DNA of 64,000 nt from an uncultured Planctomycetaceae bacterium (lineage in GTDB: Bacteria; Planctomycetota; Planctomycetia; Planctomycetales; Planctomycetaceae), in the NCBI GenBank assembly GCA_963813715.1, contig CAWFAK010000014.1:96001-160000 (forward strand), given 5' to 3'. Positions within the stretch are counted from its first letter, which is position 1, and each line of letters opens with the position of its first letter. This document shows positions 11,323-23,674 of this stretch, piece by piece. The translations under genes were made by a program, and so were the position numbers. The notes below the pieces were generated by a model. The model worked only from the letters and a program-made list of their open reading frames with translations, was not told the origin of the DNA and ran no database searches.

Positions 11323-11559
11323 GTGCGCCCCGGGGATGGCCCTGGCTACGGAGGGGCCTGCGTCTTCTTCACGGGACGATGTAAAGACAAACTGGCCGCG
11401 GCCGTCAGGTCGATCGGCCGCGACGTCACCGGCATCCAGGGCGATGCCTCCAGCCTCGCCGATCTCGACCGCCTCCACGAGACGGTGAAGAGGAAGAAGG
11501 GCCGGATCGATGTCCTTCTCGCCAGCGCCGGGACCGTTGAGTTCGCCCCGATCCAGTGA
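11323..11559 (+). pseudogene. SDR fragment
   Basis: TGR..LAAAVRSIGRDVTGIQGD...GRIDVLLASAG, truncated at both ends next to the att arm. Confidence 0.75.
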
Positions 11560-11593
11560 GGTCACCATGAGTGGTTCGACTTGAGTCCAGAAA

Positions 11594-11666
11594 CTCCCCG
11601 ACTAGGACTCGAACCTAGAACCTAGCGGTTAACAGCCGCTCGCTCTACCAATTGAGCTATCGGGGA
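11594..11666 (-). tRNA. tRNA-Asn(GTT)
   Basis: TCCCCGATAGCTCAATTGGTAGAGCGAGCGGCTGTTAACCGCTAGGTTCTAGGTTCGAGTCCTAGTCGGGGAG cloverleaf; CCA not encoded. Confidence 0.97.
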
Positions 11667-11694
11667 TTGTGAGTTTTCTGCCGAAGTTTCACTC

Positions 11695-11745
11695 GCGGTT
11701 AATCCGCCTGTGGCGGACTCGCTCTACCAATTGAGCTATCGGGGA
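11695..11745 (-). pseudogene. 5'-half copy of tRNA-Asn with a palindrome in the anticodon arm
   Basis: 28 nt identical to the tRNA 5' end, then TCCGCCACAGGCGGA, then TTAACCGC. Confidence 0.8.
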
Positions 11746-11875
11746 AGGGGTTTCCGCAGGGCGACCGGAGGGGCCACGCCTCGGGACCATGCATCAATAG
11801 ATCATCACCGAAATCGTTGCAAGGGCAGGAGCCGAAATTCGCGCCGTTCGGGGCGGACCACGGTTGACGTCGCGC

Positions 11876-13531
11876 CTAGGTCCTCCGCACGAGGTAGCGA
11901 TCGAGGTACTGCTCGAGCTTGTCGGTGTCGGCCGGCTGGCCGCGGTAGCCGATGTAGCCGTCGGGCCGCACGACGATCACCGCCCGATCGTCGGCCGCAA
12001 TTTGTTGTTGCAACTGCCCCTCGACGTCGAGCCAAGCGGCGATGTTCGCGGGCGTCGCGCTCGGGTCGAGCTGGGAGGCGCCAGCAGTCAGGATCCGGTG
12101 TGCGGCGAAGAGGTCGGGAAAATCGCGCTCGACTCGCTCGGCAATCTCGAGCAGCGGCGCCAGGGATGCGCGCCCGTGCGGACCCGGGAACAAGAGCAAG
12201 TTGTGGCGCGTGCCGCGCAGGACGGCGAACAGGCTCGTCGGTGCGCCTCCCGTTGCCGGCGCAAGAGCGCGTCGGGCATGCGATCGCCGGCCGCCAGCTC
12301 GCCGCCGTGTCCGAGCCAGTCGTCCTGTGAGAGGGGGCTGTGGCGATAGTTGATCGACAGTTCGCAGAGCGCGTTTTTGAACTTGTCCTGGACGAAGCCG
12401 AACGACATCGCCACGCCGGCGACATGATTGCGCAGGTATTGCGCGACGGGATTTCGCAGAGTGGCGACCACGGTCATCCGCCCGGCCGCGTGCAGCACCT
12501 GGTCGCCCACGGCGCTGCGTTCGACGGAATAACTGTTGAGCAGGGCATCGATCTTGCCTCGGCCGCGGTTGGCCAGAGCGAGCTTCCAGGCGAGGTTGAA
12601 CGCGTCCTGCATGCCCGTGTTCATTCCCTGTCCGCCGGCTGGGCTGTGAATGTGGGCCGCATCGCCGGCCAACATCACGCGACCGCGGCGATAATCAGTG
12701 ACCTTCCGCTCATTGATGCGAAAGCCGGCGAGCCAAACCGGATCGGACAGCGTCAGCCCGCCCGGACCGCGCTCGTCGACGACAGCCTGGACCTCGGCCA
12801 GTGTCGGGTCCGGCGGCTTGTCACCCTTTGCCGTGCCAATGTCGGCGATGATGCGGCAGCGATCGCGAGTGATTGGGAAATACACCAGCACTCCTTGGCG
12901 ATGCCAGAACACGCTGATTTCGTCCTTGGCGATCGGCCCTTCGATGTGCACGTCGGCCAGCAACCAATCGTTCGGCTCGGGATCGCCGACAAACGGCAGA
13001 TTGAGGCCATGACGGACCGCGCGATGCTGCGCCGTCGCAGCCGATCAGCCACGGGACCCGCAACGACTCTTCCTGGCCATCGGGATCGCCGTCTGTATGT
13101 CGCAGCGTACAGGCGACCGCGTCCGCCTCTTCACGAAATGAAGTGAGCTCGACGCTCCGTTCGATGCGGATGCCCTGCTGCGTGAGATGCGCCGCGAGCA
13201 GCCGTTCGGTTTCGTTCTGGGGGATCATGAGCGGATAGCCGAACGGGCTCTGGACGCCGGCAATCGTCACGTGAGAAATCCGCTTGCCGCCGCTGTAAAC
13301 GCTTGCGCCGGTCGCCTTGAGCCCCGTCTTGACGAAGGTGTCGGCGAGATTCAGATTGGCGAGCAGCTCGAGCGTGCGGCTCCAGACGACGAGCGCCTTC
13401 GATTTGTCCGACGCCACGGCTGCCTTGTCGACGATGCGGCACGTCAGGCCGTAATGGTGCAGCGCGGCGGCCATCGTCAGCCCCACGGGACCAGCTCCGA
13501 CAACCAGCACATCGACGGTTCGATCGGGCAT
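11876..13531 (-). CDS. FAD-dependent monooxygenase (PheA/TfdB-like), frameshifted
   Basis: VVGAGPVG, IGCDG, LAGDAAHIHSPAGGQGMNTG, VRPDGY. Confidence 0.9.
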
Positions 13532-13730
13532 CGCGGCGTCTCCTTTCGCTGAAGTCAGTTCCCTCGGCCCATTCCCGCAGGCTGGGACCGATTCTATCGC
13601 GATTCGGCCGGCGCACCTATCGGCACCGCACGGCGGGGCGCTCGTGCGTCCTTCTTTCCGGCGAGCACCCCGTGGTGTAGGTTCGAATGCGTCGCCATCG
13701 CGTTGGACTAAATGATCAGGATGCGGCCAC

Positions 13731-14549
13731 GTGCAGTATCACGAGTGTCGGCCCCCGTCGATCCTGCAGGAATCGGTCAAGTGTTTCTGGACCCACGAGG
13801 CAACCTACTCGGTCGATGAAGTTCAGGAGATCACGCCCGACGGGTGCGTCGAGCTGATCTTTAACTTCGGCAGTCCGTATCAACTCTGCGGCACGACGCC
13901 GCCCACCGTGCTGCCGCCGGCCATCATGGTCGGCTTTCAGAAAAAGACGATGCCGATCCGCGTCGACGGCACGGTGCGGGTCGTTGCCGCCCGCCTGTTT
14001 GCTTGGGGCGGCCTGGAATTCCTTGCAGAAGGGCTCGAGAGCGACTCGATCCAGACCCTCGACGGGAACTGGGACGCGCTGCTCGGACGGCTCAAGGCCG
14101 AGGTTGCCGCGGGGCGCTACGACGCGGCGAGGACGGTGCTTGAGGAATTCCTCGTGCAAAAGGCGCTGATGCGGACTTACGACCACGAGCTGGTGCGCAC
14201 AGCCGCCCGGATGCTCTATCAGACGAAGGGCCAGTGTCGGATCGAAGAACTGGCCGAGTCGTGCGCAACCTCCGTGCGGCAGCTGCAGCGGAAATTCCAG
14301 CGCGACGTCGGCGCTTCGCCCAAGTTCTTCGCTCGCACCGTGCGGTTTGAGCAGGCCCAACGCCGACTGATGCTCGAACCCGAGACCGAGCTGACCGGAT
14401 TGGCCCACGACTGCGGCTACTTCGACCAGGCGCATTTCATCAAAGAGTTTCGGGCGTTTACCGGCAAAACGCCGTCGGCCTACGCCGGGCAGATGCGGCG
14501 CCTGCACGACTTTCTCCACGGCAAAGACGTCGTGTTCTTACAATCGTGA
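13731..14549 (+). CDS. AraC family regulator
   Basis: ITPDGCVELIF; LAHDCGYFDQAHFIKEFRAFTG. Confidence 0.9.
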   Translation: MQYHECRPPSILQESVKCFWTHEATYSVDEVQEITPDGCVELIFNFGSPYQLCGTTPPTVLPPAIMVGFQKKTMPIRVDGTVRVVAARLFAWGGLEFLAEGLESDSIQTLDGNWDALLGRLKAEVAAGRYDAARTVLEEFLVQKALMRTYDHELVRTAARMLYQTKGQCRIEELAESCATSVRQLQRKFQRDVGASPKFFARTVRFEQAQRRLMLEPETELTGLAHDCGYFDQAHFIKEFRAFTGKTPSAYAGQMRRLHDFLHGKDVVFLQS

Positions 14550-14624
14550 TCCTCCTCGATCGGCAAGAATGCCCGGTGTTCCGAACGGGGCCTTCCCCAG
14601 TGACACCGACGAGGAGACTGAATC

Positions 14625-15011
14625 GTGAACCGCATCTCGCTAGTGACCGTGCTTGTCGACGACCAGGATCGGGCCATCGAGTTCTACACGCGCCTGCTGG
14701 GCTTTGCCGTCGCCGAAGATGTGCCGTTCGGCCCGAAACGCTGGGTGACGCTGCGACGGCCGAATGACACGGGCGTGTCGCTCACGCTCAATTTGGCCGA
14801 GACGGAAACGGACCGTGCCGCCGTCGGCAAGCAGGCGGGCGCGCAGCCGTTCCTGGCCATCGAGGTCGACGATTGCCTGGGCGAATACGTCCGGATGAAG
14901 GGGGCCGGCGTCAAATTCCACGGCGAGCCGCAGGTCCAGCCCTACGGCACGGGCGTGACGCTCGAGGATCTCTACGGCAATCGGATCTACATGAACCAGG
15001 AGCCGAAGTGA
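14625..15011 (+). CDS. VOC/glyoxalase family protein
   Basis: VDDQDRAIEFY...EDLYGN. Confidence 0.9.
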   Translation: MNRISLVTVLVDDQDRAIEFYTRLLGFAVAEDVPFGPKRWVTLRRPNDTGVSLTLNLAETETDRAAVGKQAGAQPFLAIEVDDCLGEYVRMKGAGVKFHGEPQVQPYGTGVTLEDLYGNRIYMNQEPK

Positions 15012-15055
15012 CTCGGGCCGCCGGGCATCGCAGGGGACAAAGCCCGCGGAAGCAG

Positions 15056-15490
15056 TCAGGAGAGGAGCGGTGCGCCGTCGTCGTTGCGATTTTTTTCGAG
15101 AACGACGCGGTTGCCGCGTTCGTTGTACTCGACGACGCTGAGGAACGCCCGCATCAGCATGATGCCGCGGCCGCAGGGCTTTTCGAGGTTCTCGTCTTCG
15201 GTCGGATCGGGCACGTCCTCGGGGCGAAAGCCGTTGCCTTCATCCTCGATGATAATCCGCACTTTTTCGCTGGAGACCTGGCAGGCGACTTGGACCTCTT
15301 TGTTGGGGTCCAGCCCGTTGCCGTGTTTGATCGCGTTGACGAGCGCCTCTTCGAGGGCGAGGCGGACGCCGAAAATGCCGCGAGCGGGAAAGTCGAGCTC
15401 CTCCAGGAGCTTGATAATTCGCTCCTGGACTCTCTGCCCCTCCATTGTGGAGCTGGGGATGCGGACCTGGAACTCTTCAATCCACGTCAT
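15056..15490 (-). CDS. Anti-sigma factor kinase (RsbW/SpoIIAB-like)
   Basis: EALVNAIKHGN, DEGNGF, GRGI. Confidence 0.9.
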   Translation of the reverse strand: MTWIEEFQVRIPSSTMEGQRVQERIIKLLEELDFPARGIFGVRLALEEALVNAIKHGNGLDPNKEVQVACQVSSEKVRIIIEDEGNGFRPEDVPDPTEDENLEKPCGRGIMLMRAFLSVVEYNERGNRVVLEKNRNDDGAPLLS

Positions 15491-15739
15491 GCTGACAAAC
15501 AGCCTGGCGCCCGTTGGGTGACCGTCACCGGGAACGAATCGGCGAAGCCTGTCGGCTCACCGAAATCGCGCTCCGGGAATGAGCTGACCGAACCAAGTGT
15601 CAAATTTGCTGGAGTGACGTTTCACGAGGAGAAAGCGCTTCCCGAGCGGGTCTCTCTGATCACGATCGGTCGCGGCGGGAAGTCCAGGCATGGGATGTCC
15701 CGCGGCGGTCTGTCCTACTCGGTGGGTCTGAATCGGCCG

Positions 15740-16096
15740 TCAAAAGCCGTCGAGAGCGCGTTCCTGGTCCTCGTAGATTTTGAACAGCCGATTGAGCTTT
15801 GTGATGGCGAATACTTCGTAGATCTCGGGCCGAATGCAGGCGAGCCTCAACTTTCCTTTGGCTGCCTTCACTTTTTTCTCCATCGTGATCAGTTTGCCAA
15901 GCGCCGCACTGGACAAATACTCCACGTTGGAAAAATCGAGGATGATCTTGGTGCGGGCGTCCTCGTCGACCAGGGCAAACAGCTGGTTGCCGATGATTTG
16001 AATGTTGTTTTCGTCGAGGATTTTCTTATCGATGAATTTGGCGATTGTGACGTCGCCGACATCTTCGATATCCAGCCGTTGGGAGCTGCTCCCCAT
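15740..16096 (-). CDS. STAS-domain anti-anti-sigma factor
   Basis: LDFSNVEYLSSAALG. Confidence 0.9.
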   Translation of the reverse strand: MGSSSQRLDIEDVGDVTIAKFIDKKILDENNIQIIGNQLFALVDEDARTKIILDFSNVEYLSSAALGKLITMEKKVKAAKGKLRLACIRPEIYEVFAITKLNRLFKIYEDQERALDGF

Positions 16097-16320
16097 CGTT
16101 GACTTCCAGTGCCGAAATGCGAATGGCCGGGCGGAAAAACCGTGTTTTGACGATCATCCAGCCTGCGAATCGCCATGTCAAGGTTTGTCCGGTGCGCGAC
16201 GTCGTTTTCCCGCGAGAGGAAATCCGCGACCGGCAAGGGATTGCGCCGCCTGCCGCTTCGAGTCGCCCGAACGTCGCTGGGACGAGTCGAACTCCAAAAA
16301 CTTGCCGCACAGCGAGCGGC

Positions 16321-17211
16321 TCAGGGCCAGCGGGCTGCTTCCTCGCCGTCCAAGCGGAGCGTGAGGCACTTGGCGCTGCCGCCGGCCTTGATGAACTCGT
16401 CCAGCTCCGTGCTGTGGGGCGTGTAGCCGTGGGCGCGGAGATCGATTTCGAGCCGCGGGCAGCCGGTATTGATCACGACGTGACGACCAACGACCACCGC
16501 GTTACAGGCGAAGCGCTGCGCCTCCTCGGGTGCGACGGCGATCAATCCGGGGATGGCCTCGGTAAGCGAGCGCTGGGCGTACTCGTCGAAGGCCGGAGGG
16601 AAGTAGAGCGCCTCGGTATCAGAGAGCGGGCAAAAGCACGTGTCGAGGTGATAGTAGTACTGGTCGACCAACTGCAGCGGCAGGGTGCGGCAGCCAATCT
16701 GGCCGCCCAGCCAGTGCAGGGCCCCGGCGTCGCTGCGAATCACGTAGCCGCCGAAGAGCGTGTCGCCGCAAAAGAGGGCGTCGCCGGCGCCTTCAAAGCT
16801 CCAACGGTCGGGCAGCGTAATGCAGTCAAAGCCCTGCTCGCGGAACCAAAGCTCGTCGACGGCCGTCTCAGGTTGGCGAGCCGGGTAGCGGAACCTCGCC
16901 AGATAGATGGTGTTACGGACAACGAGCGCGGCATTGGCCGTGAAGACCAGGTCCGGCAGTCCCCGCACCGGCTCCAACAAGCGGATTTCGGCCCCCAGTT
17001 GCTGCAACAGGGCCTGGAGTGCCGCCCATTGCTGCCGCGAACGCTCCGGGTCGCTTTGGCGCCTGCGGCTCATCCAAGGATTGATCTCGTATTCGATCCC
17101 GTAATAATCGGGCGGGCACATGAGGATGACGGGCGACGGGCGACTGCCCGAACCGCCGGCGGAAGGCGATTTCGCCGCGGATGGGGCTTGGTCTGACGGC
17201 GAGTCGGCCAT
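16321..17211 (-). CDS. Amidinotransferase/dimethylargininase family protein
   Basis: YEINPWM, PDLVFTAN, FEGAGD, YHLDTCF, GGSAKCLT. Confidence 0.9.
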   Translation of the reverse strand: MADSPSDQAPSAAKSPSAGGSGSRPSPVILMCPPDYYGIEYEINPWMSRRRQSDPERSRQQWAALQALLQQLGAEIRLLEPVRGLPDLVFTANAALVVRNTIYLARFRYPARQPETAVDELWFREQGFDCITLPDRWSFEGAGDALFCGDTLFGGYVIRSDAGALHWLGGQIGCRTLPLQLVDQYYYHLDTCFCPLSDTEALYFPPAFDEYAQRSLTEAIPGLIAVAPEEAQRFACNAVVVGRHVVINTGCPRLEIDLRAHGYTPHSTELDEFIKAGGSAKCLTLRLDGEEAARWP

Positions 17212-17541
17212 GGGGAGCGGGGCCATCCTGGTCTTTGGAGTATTCCGTCGGCCCCGGCGAACACTCGAGGCCAGCGAGTGTCCGAATCTTAGCAGACCCT
17301 CCAATTCGCCAGTAAGATTGAGTCGAGGCAGCCGAATAGCGGGCGCAACGTGGAGCTGGTATTGGGAAGAATGAACGGGGTATCGGCCAGAATGGGCTTG
17401 ATATCGGGCAGAACGGGGCTGATTTCGGGCGCAGTGGGACAGGGCGATTTGCTAGAATATTGGCCGCGCGGGAACTCGGGGGCCCGGCGATCCGAGGTGG
17501 CACAACGCGGTTGCAGCGGCAGGGTCGGGGGCGGAATCTCG

Positions 17542-19863
17542 ATGGTCGTCAGGCACATCGCGCAGCGCTTTAGCCCTTGGCTGCGGCCGTTGCTCGTGCT
17601 GATTGGGTGTCTGGGATCCGTCGGCGCGGGCTACGCGGCGACGGGCACAGCCACGCTCTCCAACTCGGCGGCCCGTGCCTTCGACGGGACCTGGGTAGGA
17701 ACGTTCGAGCAGGACTCGTCCGGCCTCGGCTTTCTCGCGCTGCGGATCGATGCCAGCCAAAAACGGTTGCGGATCAACGTGTCGCTCCGCAGCGAGCGGA
17801 TTGCCGGCGCGGGCGACCGGCGTTGTGCTGGACGGCGATCGGCTCACGTTCGACGTGCATCCCGAAGACAACCCCAATCGCGCGGCAGCGGATTGGCATT
17901 TCGTTTTGCAGGGGGCCGGCCGACAAATCACCGGTGAGATCGAGCGTCCCTCGACCGACGGCGCGGGGCAGGGACCGAGCCACTTTTCGCTGCACATGCA
18001 GCGGGCCCTGGATCTCAAGCTCGAGCAGTTCCGGCCGTTTGTCGGCAACTACCGTCTGGCCGAGCGGACGGAACCCGCGCGGGCCGGCGACGACGCGGAC
18101 GGAGACGTCTTTTTCGTTGGCTACGGCAGCAACCCGACCAACCGCGGCAACTCCAACTATGCGTACCTCACTCGCGGCGATCGCATGCAACAAATTGTGC
18201 CGATCGCGCCGGGAACGTTTTCTGGCCGATGACGGCGCCCGCGTCATGTTCGAGCGCGACGCGTCCGGCCAGGTCAACCGCCTGCGCTGGACTGACGCAA
18301 AGCAAGCGGCCGCGCTGACGCCCGGTCTCGCTGGGCCCCGTGACGCGGCTCGGCGGGGCGGCGCGCACCCGCCGGCCAGATCGCCGAGCGGGTCGAGTTG
18401 TGGCGGCAGGAAGAAGTCTCGTTTTCTGGACCGGGGGCCGTGCTGTCGGGCACGCTCTATTTGCCGACGTCGCCCGGACCGCACCCGGCTCTTGTCTTCG
18501 TGCACGGTTCGGGTCCGCAGACTCGGCTCGATAACTGGTCGATGGCCGATCGTTTCGCGAGGGCCGGCATCGCCTGCCTGTCGTTCGACAAGCGGGGCAC
18601 GGGCAAATCGACGGGCGATTGGGAACAAGCCGACTTCGATGTGCTGGCCGACGACGTCCTAGCCGCAGTCGAGCGGCTTCGCGCACGTCCCGAAATTCAG
18701 GCCGACCAGATCGGACTGTGGGGCGTGAGCCAGGCCGGCTGGGTCATTCCGCTTGCCGCCAACAAATCGGATCACGTCGCGTTTTGTATTCCTGTCTCTG
18801 GCGGAGCCGTCTCGCCGGCCGAGCAGGAGCTGTGGCGCCGCACGCAGTATCTGCGATTCTTCGGCTGCGACTCGCGACTGCTGGAAGGGATGCGGCGGGC
18901 CGTCGCCATGCACTTTCAATGGGAACAACTTTACAAGGCCGGGAAGTTTCCGATTCCGCCGTTGTTCGACGTCGAGCCGCTCAACATGGATCTCGACTGC
19001 GCCGGCGCTCGATTCGCGGCGTGCGGCAGCCAGTGCTCGCGATCTTCGGCGATTCGGACGTGCTGACGCCACCCCGCGAGAGTGCGGCGATTTGGGCGAA
19101 CGAGCTGGCCGCCGGCGGAAACAGCGACTATGCGGTCCGTCTCTTCCCGCACGCAACACACGGCCTGTTGGTCTCGGATCGGCCCTTCGAAGTCTTGCCC
19201 GAATCGCGGCTGGCACCGGGATATCTGAAGACGATGGTCGACTGGATCGCCGCGCACACGCGCGGGGCGGCGAGCGCACACAATCCGATATCGACCGCCG
19301 GCGCGGCAGCGGGGGACGGTCCCGCGTCCCGCGCGAATTCCGACATGATCGAGATCACGGCCGGCACGCCGGACGTTGTCGAGTCGCGCGGCCTGGGCAA
19401 GCTTCCCTGGTACGGCTCGGCTCCCGTGCAGGTTACGCTCATGTTGGCCGCCGCTTCAGGTAGCTTCTGGACGCTGGCGCTCTGGCCGGCTGCGTGGGGG
19501 ATTCGCAAGTTCCGCCGCATGCCGCGCCGCGGCCCGCCTGATCGCCCGACGATCGTCATGGGTTGGATCGTGAATTTGAGCGCGCTGGCGATGTTCCTGT
19601 CCGTGCTCGGCTTTTTGCGCTTCCTGGGTGACGCCTCTCCCAGCGGCTATTACAAGTTGAGCGAGCTCGGCCTGGTGCTCTTGGCGTTGCTCGCGCTGCC
19701 GGTCGCCGCGGCGAGCGTGCTCTTGCTCAAATCGAGCATCGAGTCGACGGGCGCTCGCGGACGCTCGCGCTGGGAAGCGGCTTCGGCCTGGATCACGGGC
19801 GGCTCGGTCGGCCTGTGGTTTTTCCTCTTCGTCTATTGGACCTGGGGCCCGCTCCTGAGCTAG
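17542..19863 (+). CDS. Alpha/beta hydrolase with C-terminal TM segments, frameshifted
   Basis: VHGSG, FDKRGTG, GLWGVSQAG, FPHATH. Confidence 0.8.
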
Positions 19864-19893
19864 CTGGCCGCGCAGCGGTGAACGTCGGGCGTC

Positions 19894-19979
19894 GGGTGGC
19901 ACTGGCGGCTTGTCCGCCAGTGTTATTTGTCCGTCGCACGCCAACCAAGACACTGGCGGACGAGCCGCCAGTGCCACCC
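19894..19979. repeat. Inverted REP-like doublet (family B)
   Basis: GGGTGGCACTGGCGGCTTGTCCGCCAGTGT / ACACTGGCGGACGAGCCGCCAGTGCCACCC. Confidence 0.85.
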
Positions 19980-20096
19980 CCGAGCCAACGCTTTTTTGCG
20001 CTGAACGGAGCATCGCGCTTCGGGGCCATTCCCCATTTTGACAGCCTTTCGCCCATCTGCTAAAAGAGCCGCGTCTGGAAAACACGGAGGTTTTCG

Positions 20097-20855
20097 ATGC
20101 GCGTTTATGGGATCATCCCGGCTCGGCTGCAGTCGTCGCGGTTGCCGCGAAAGCTGCTCTTGTCGGAGACGGGCAAGCCCCTGTTGCAATACACCTGGGA
20201 GCAGACCTGCCAGGCGAAGTCACTGGCCGAAGTGATCGTGGCGACCGACAGCCTGGAAATCGCCGCCGCCGTCAAACGGTTTGGCGGCCGCGTCGAAATG
20301 ACGGGCGAGCATCCCAGCGGCACCGATCGCATTGCCGAGGTCGTTCGCCGCAGCTGTCGCGACGCCCAGCTTGTCGTCAACATTCAGGGGGATGAGCCGG
20401 AGATCGATCCCGAGCACATCAATCTCTTGGTGAAGACGCTCGAGGCGCATCCGGCCTGCGAGATGTCGACGCTGGCGACGCCGATCACCAGCCGCCGCGA
20501 GCTCGACGATCATTCATGCAACAAGGTCGTCTGCGCGGACGATGGTCACGCACTCTATTTCAGCCGGGCGACGATCCCGTTCGTGCGCGACGCGGTCTGG
20601 GACGAGCTCCTGCAAACAAATTCGCCCTGGCTCTTGCACCTGGGCCTCTATGCCTATCGGGTCGAGTTCCTGCTGCAGCTGGCGAAACTGCCACCGTCGA
20701 AGCTGGAAAAGTTGGAGAAACTCGAACAATTGCGGGTACTGGAAATGGGGGCCCGCATTCAGGTCGCGGTGGTCGAACAACGCTCGGTTGGCATCGACAC
20801 GCCGGAGGACTATGCTCGGTTTATGGAGCGGATGCAGAGACGCGCGGCGGCGTAG
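20097..20855 (+). CDS. kdsB: 3-deoxy-manno-octulosonate cytidylyltransferase
   Basis: IPARLQSSRLPRK, SGTDR, NIQGDEP, LEQLRVLE. Confidence 0.95.
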   Translation: MRVYGIIPARLQSSRLPRKLLLSETGKPLLQYTWEQTCQAKSLAEVIVATDSLEIAAAVKRFGGRVEMTGEHPSGTDRIAEVVRRSCRDAQLVVNIQGDEPEIDPEHINLLVKTLEAHPACEMSTLATPITSRRELDDHSCNKVVCADDGHALYFSRATIPFVRDAVWDELLQTNSPWLLHLGLYAYRVEFLLQLAKLPPSKLEKLEKLEQLRVLEMGARIQVAVVEQRSVGIDTPEDYARFMERMQRRAAA

Positions 20856-20892
20856 CGTTTTCCGCTCGAATCGCGAAAAACTCGGAACACAC

Positions 20893-20918
20893 GGTACTGG
20901 CGGCTTGTCCGCCAGTGT
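20893..20918. repeat. Single REP-like palindrome (family B)
   Basis: GGTACTGGCGGCTTGTCCGCCAGTGT. Confidence 0.8.
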
Positions 20919-21022
20919 TGTTTTATCCGGTGTTGTTTTAAGCTGGCGCACGTTGGCCGGCTTGTTTTGGTGCAGTCAGGAGTGTCGTTTCGCTCGTCAC
21001 CTCAAACTCCTGGGGGCAACGC

Positions 21023-22652
<1,630 letters not shown>

Positions 22653-22679
22653 GCGACGATACCGGCTACGAAGCGCAAC

Positions 22680-22757
22680 GGGTGGCACTGGCGGCTTGCC
22701 CGCCAGTGTGTCTTGCGTGCGCTGAAGACACTGGCGGACGAGCCGCCAGTGCCACCC
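22680..22757. repeat. Inverted REP-like doublet (family B)
   Basis: Near-identical arms to 19894-19979 with a different spacer. Confidence 0.85.
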
Positions 22758-22777
22758 ATCGATCAAGCCTCCGCAAC

Positions 22778-23674
22778 ATGTCCGACCTGCGCCGGTTTGG
22801 CATCCTCAATATCGACAAGCCCGCGGGGATCACGTCGCGCCGCGTTGTCGATCACGTGGCCAAACTTGTCCGGCCGGAAAAGGCCGGCCACGCGGGGACG
22901 CTCGATCCGCTGGCCACCGGCGTGCTTGTCGTCTGCGTCGGCAAGGCCACGCGACTGATCGAGGCCGTGCAGGACCAGCCCAAGTCGTATCACGCGACGT
23001 TCCTCTTGGGCCGCCAAAGCGACACCGACGACGTCACCGGAGCGGTGACCGAGGTCGCCGTCGCGCGAGAGATTCTCCGCGACGAGATCGAGCGGCATTT
23101 GCCGGCGTTCGTCGGCCGCATCGAGCAGGTGCCGCCGACGTTTTCCGCGGTGCATGTCGCCGGCCGCCGCGCCTACGAGCGGGCTCGGGCCGGGAAGACG
23201 GTCGAGCTGACGCCGCGACCGGTCGAAGTCTTTCGTCTCGAGATCACGCGGTTCGCATATCCCGAGCTGGAATTAGACATCGACTGCGGCTCGGGCACCT
23301 ATGTCCGCTCGATTGGTCGTGACTTGGGGAAGGTACTCAGCTGCGGGGCCGTGATGTCGGCCCTCGTCCGCACCCGCGTCGGACCCTATCGCCTGGAAAA
23401 CGCCGTATCGCTCGACCAACTCACTCGCGACACGTTCGACGGGTCCCTGCTCGATCCAGCGACGGCCGTGGCCGAACTGCCGCGACGTGTGGCCACCACG
23501 GATGAAGAGATCGCGCTGCTCCGCGCGGGCCGCGCGATTCCGCTCGGCGACATAACGAGCGCCGCGGACTCGGATTCCGTCGTCGTCCTCGACGGATCAG
23601 GGTCCCTGCTAGCACTCGCGCGGCCCGACCGCGAGACCAATTCGCTGCGTCCCTACCGCGTCTTCCTCGACTGA
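22778..23674 (+). CDS. truB: tRNA pseudouridine(55) synthase
   Basis: DKPAGITS, GHAGTLDPLATG, CGSGTYVRS. Confidence 0.95.
   Translation: MSDLRRFGILNIDKPAGITSRRVVDHVAKLVRPEKAGHAGTLDPLATGVLVVCVGKATRLIEAVQDQPKSYHATFLLGRQSDTDDVTGAVTEVAVAREILRDEIERHLPAFVGRIEQVPPTFSAVHVAGRRAYERARAGKTVELTPRPVEVFRLEITRFAYPELELDIDCGSGTYVRSIGRDLGKVLSCGAVMSALVRTRVGPYRLENAVSLDQLTRDTFDGSLLDPATAVAELPRRVATTDEEIALLRAGRAIPLGDITSAADSDSVVVLDGSGSLLALARPDRETNSLRPYRVFLD

Larger units (their letters stand above)
8208..11601. mobile_element. tRNA-Asn-integrated islet lacking a recombinase gene
   Basis: CTCCCCGA direct repeat at 8208-8215 and 11594-11601 (tRNA 3' end), with inward 16-bp inverted arms at 8219-8234 and 11573-11588. 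Confidence 0.75.
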
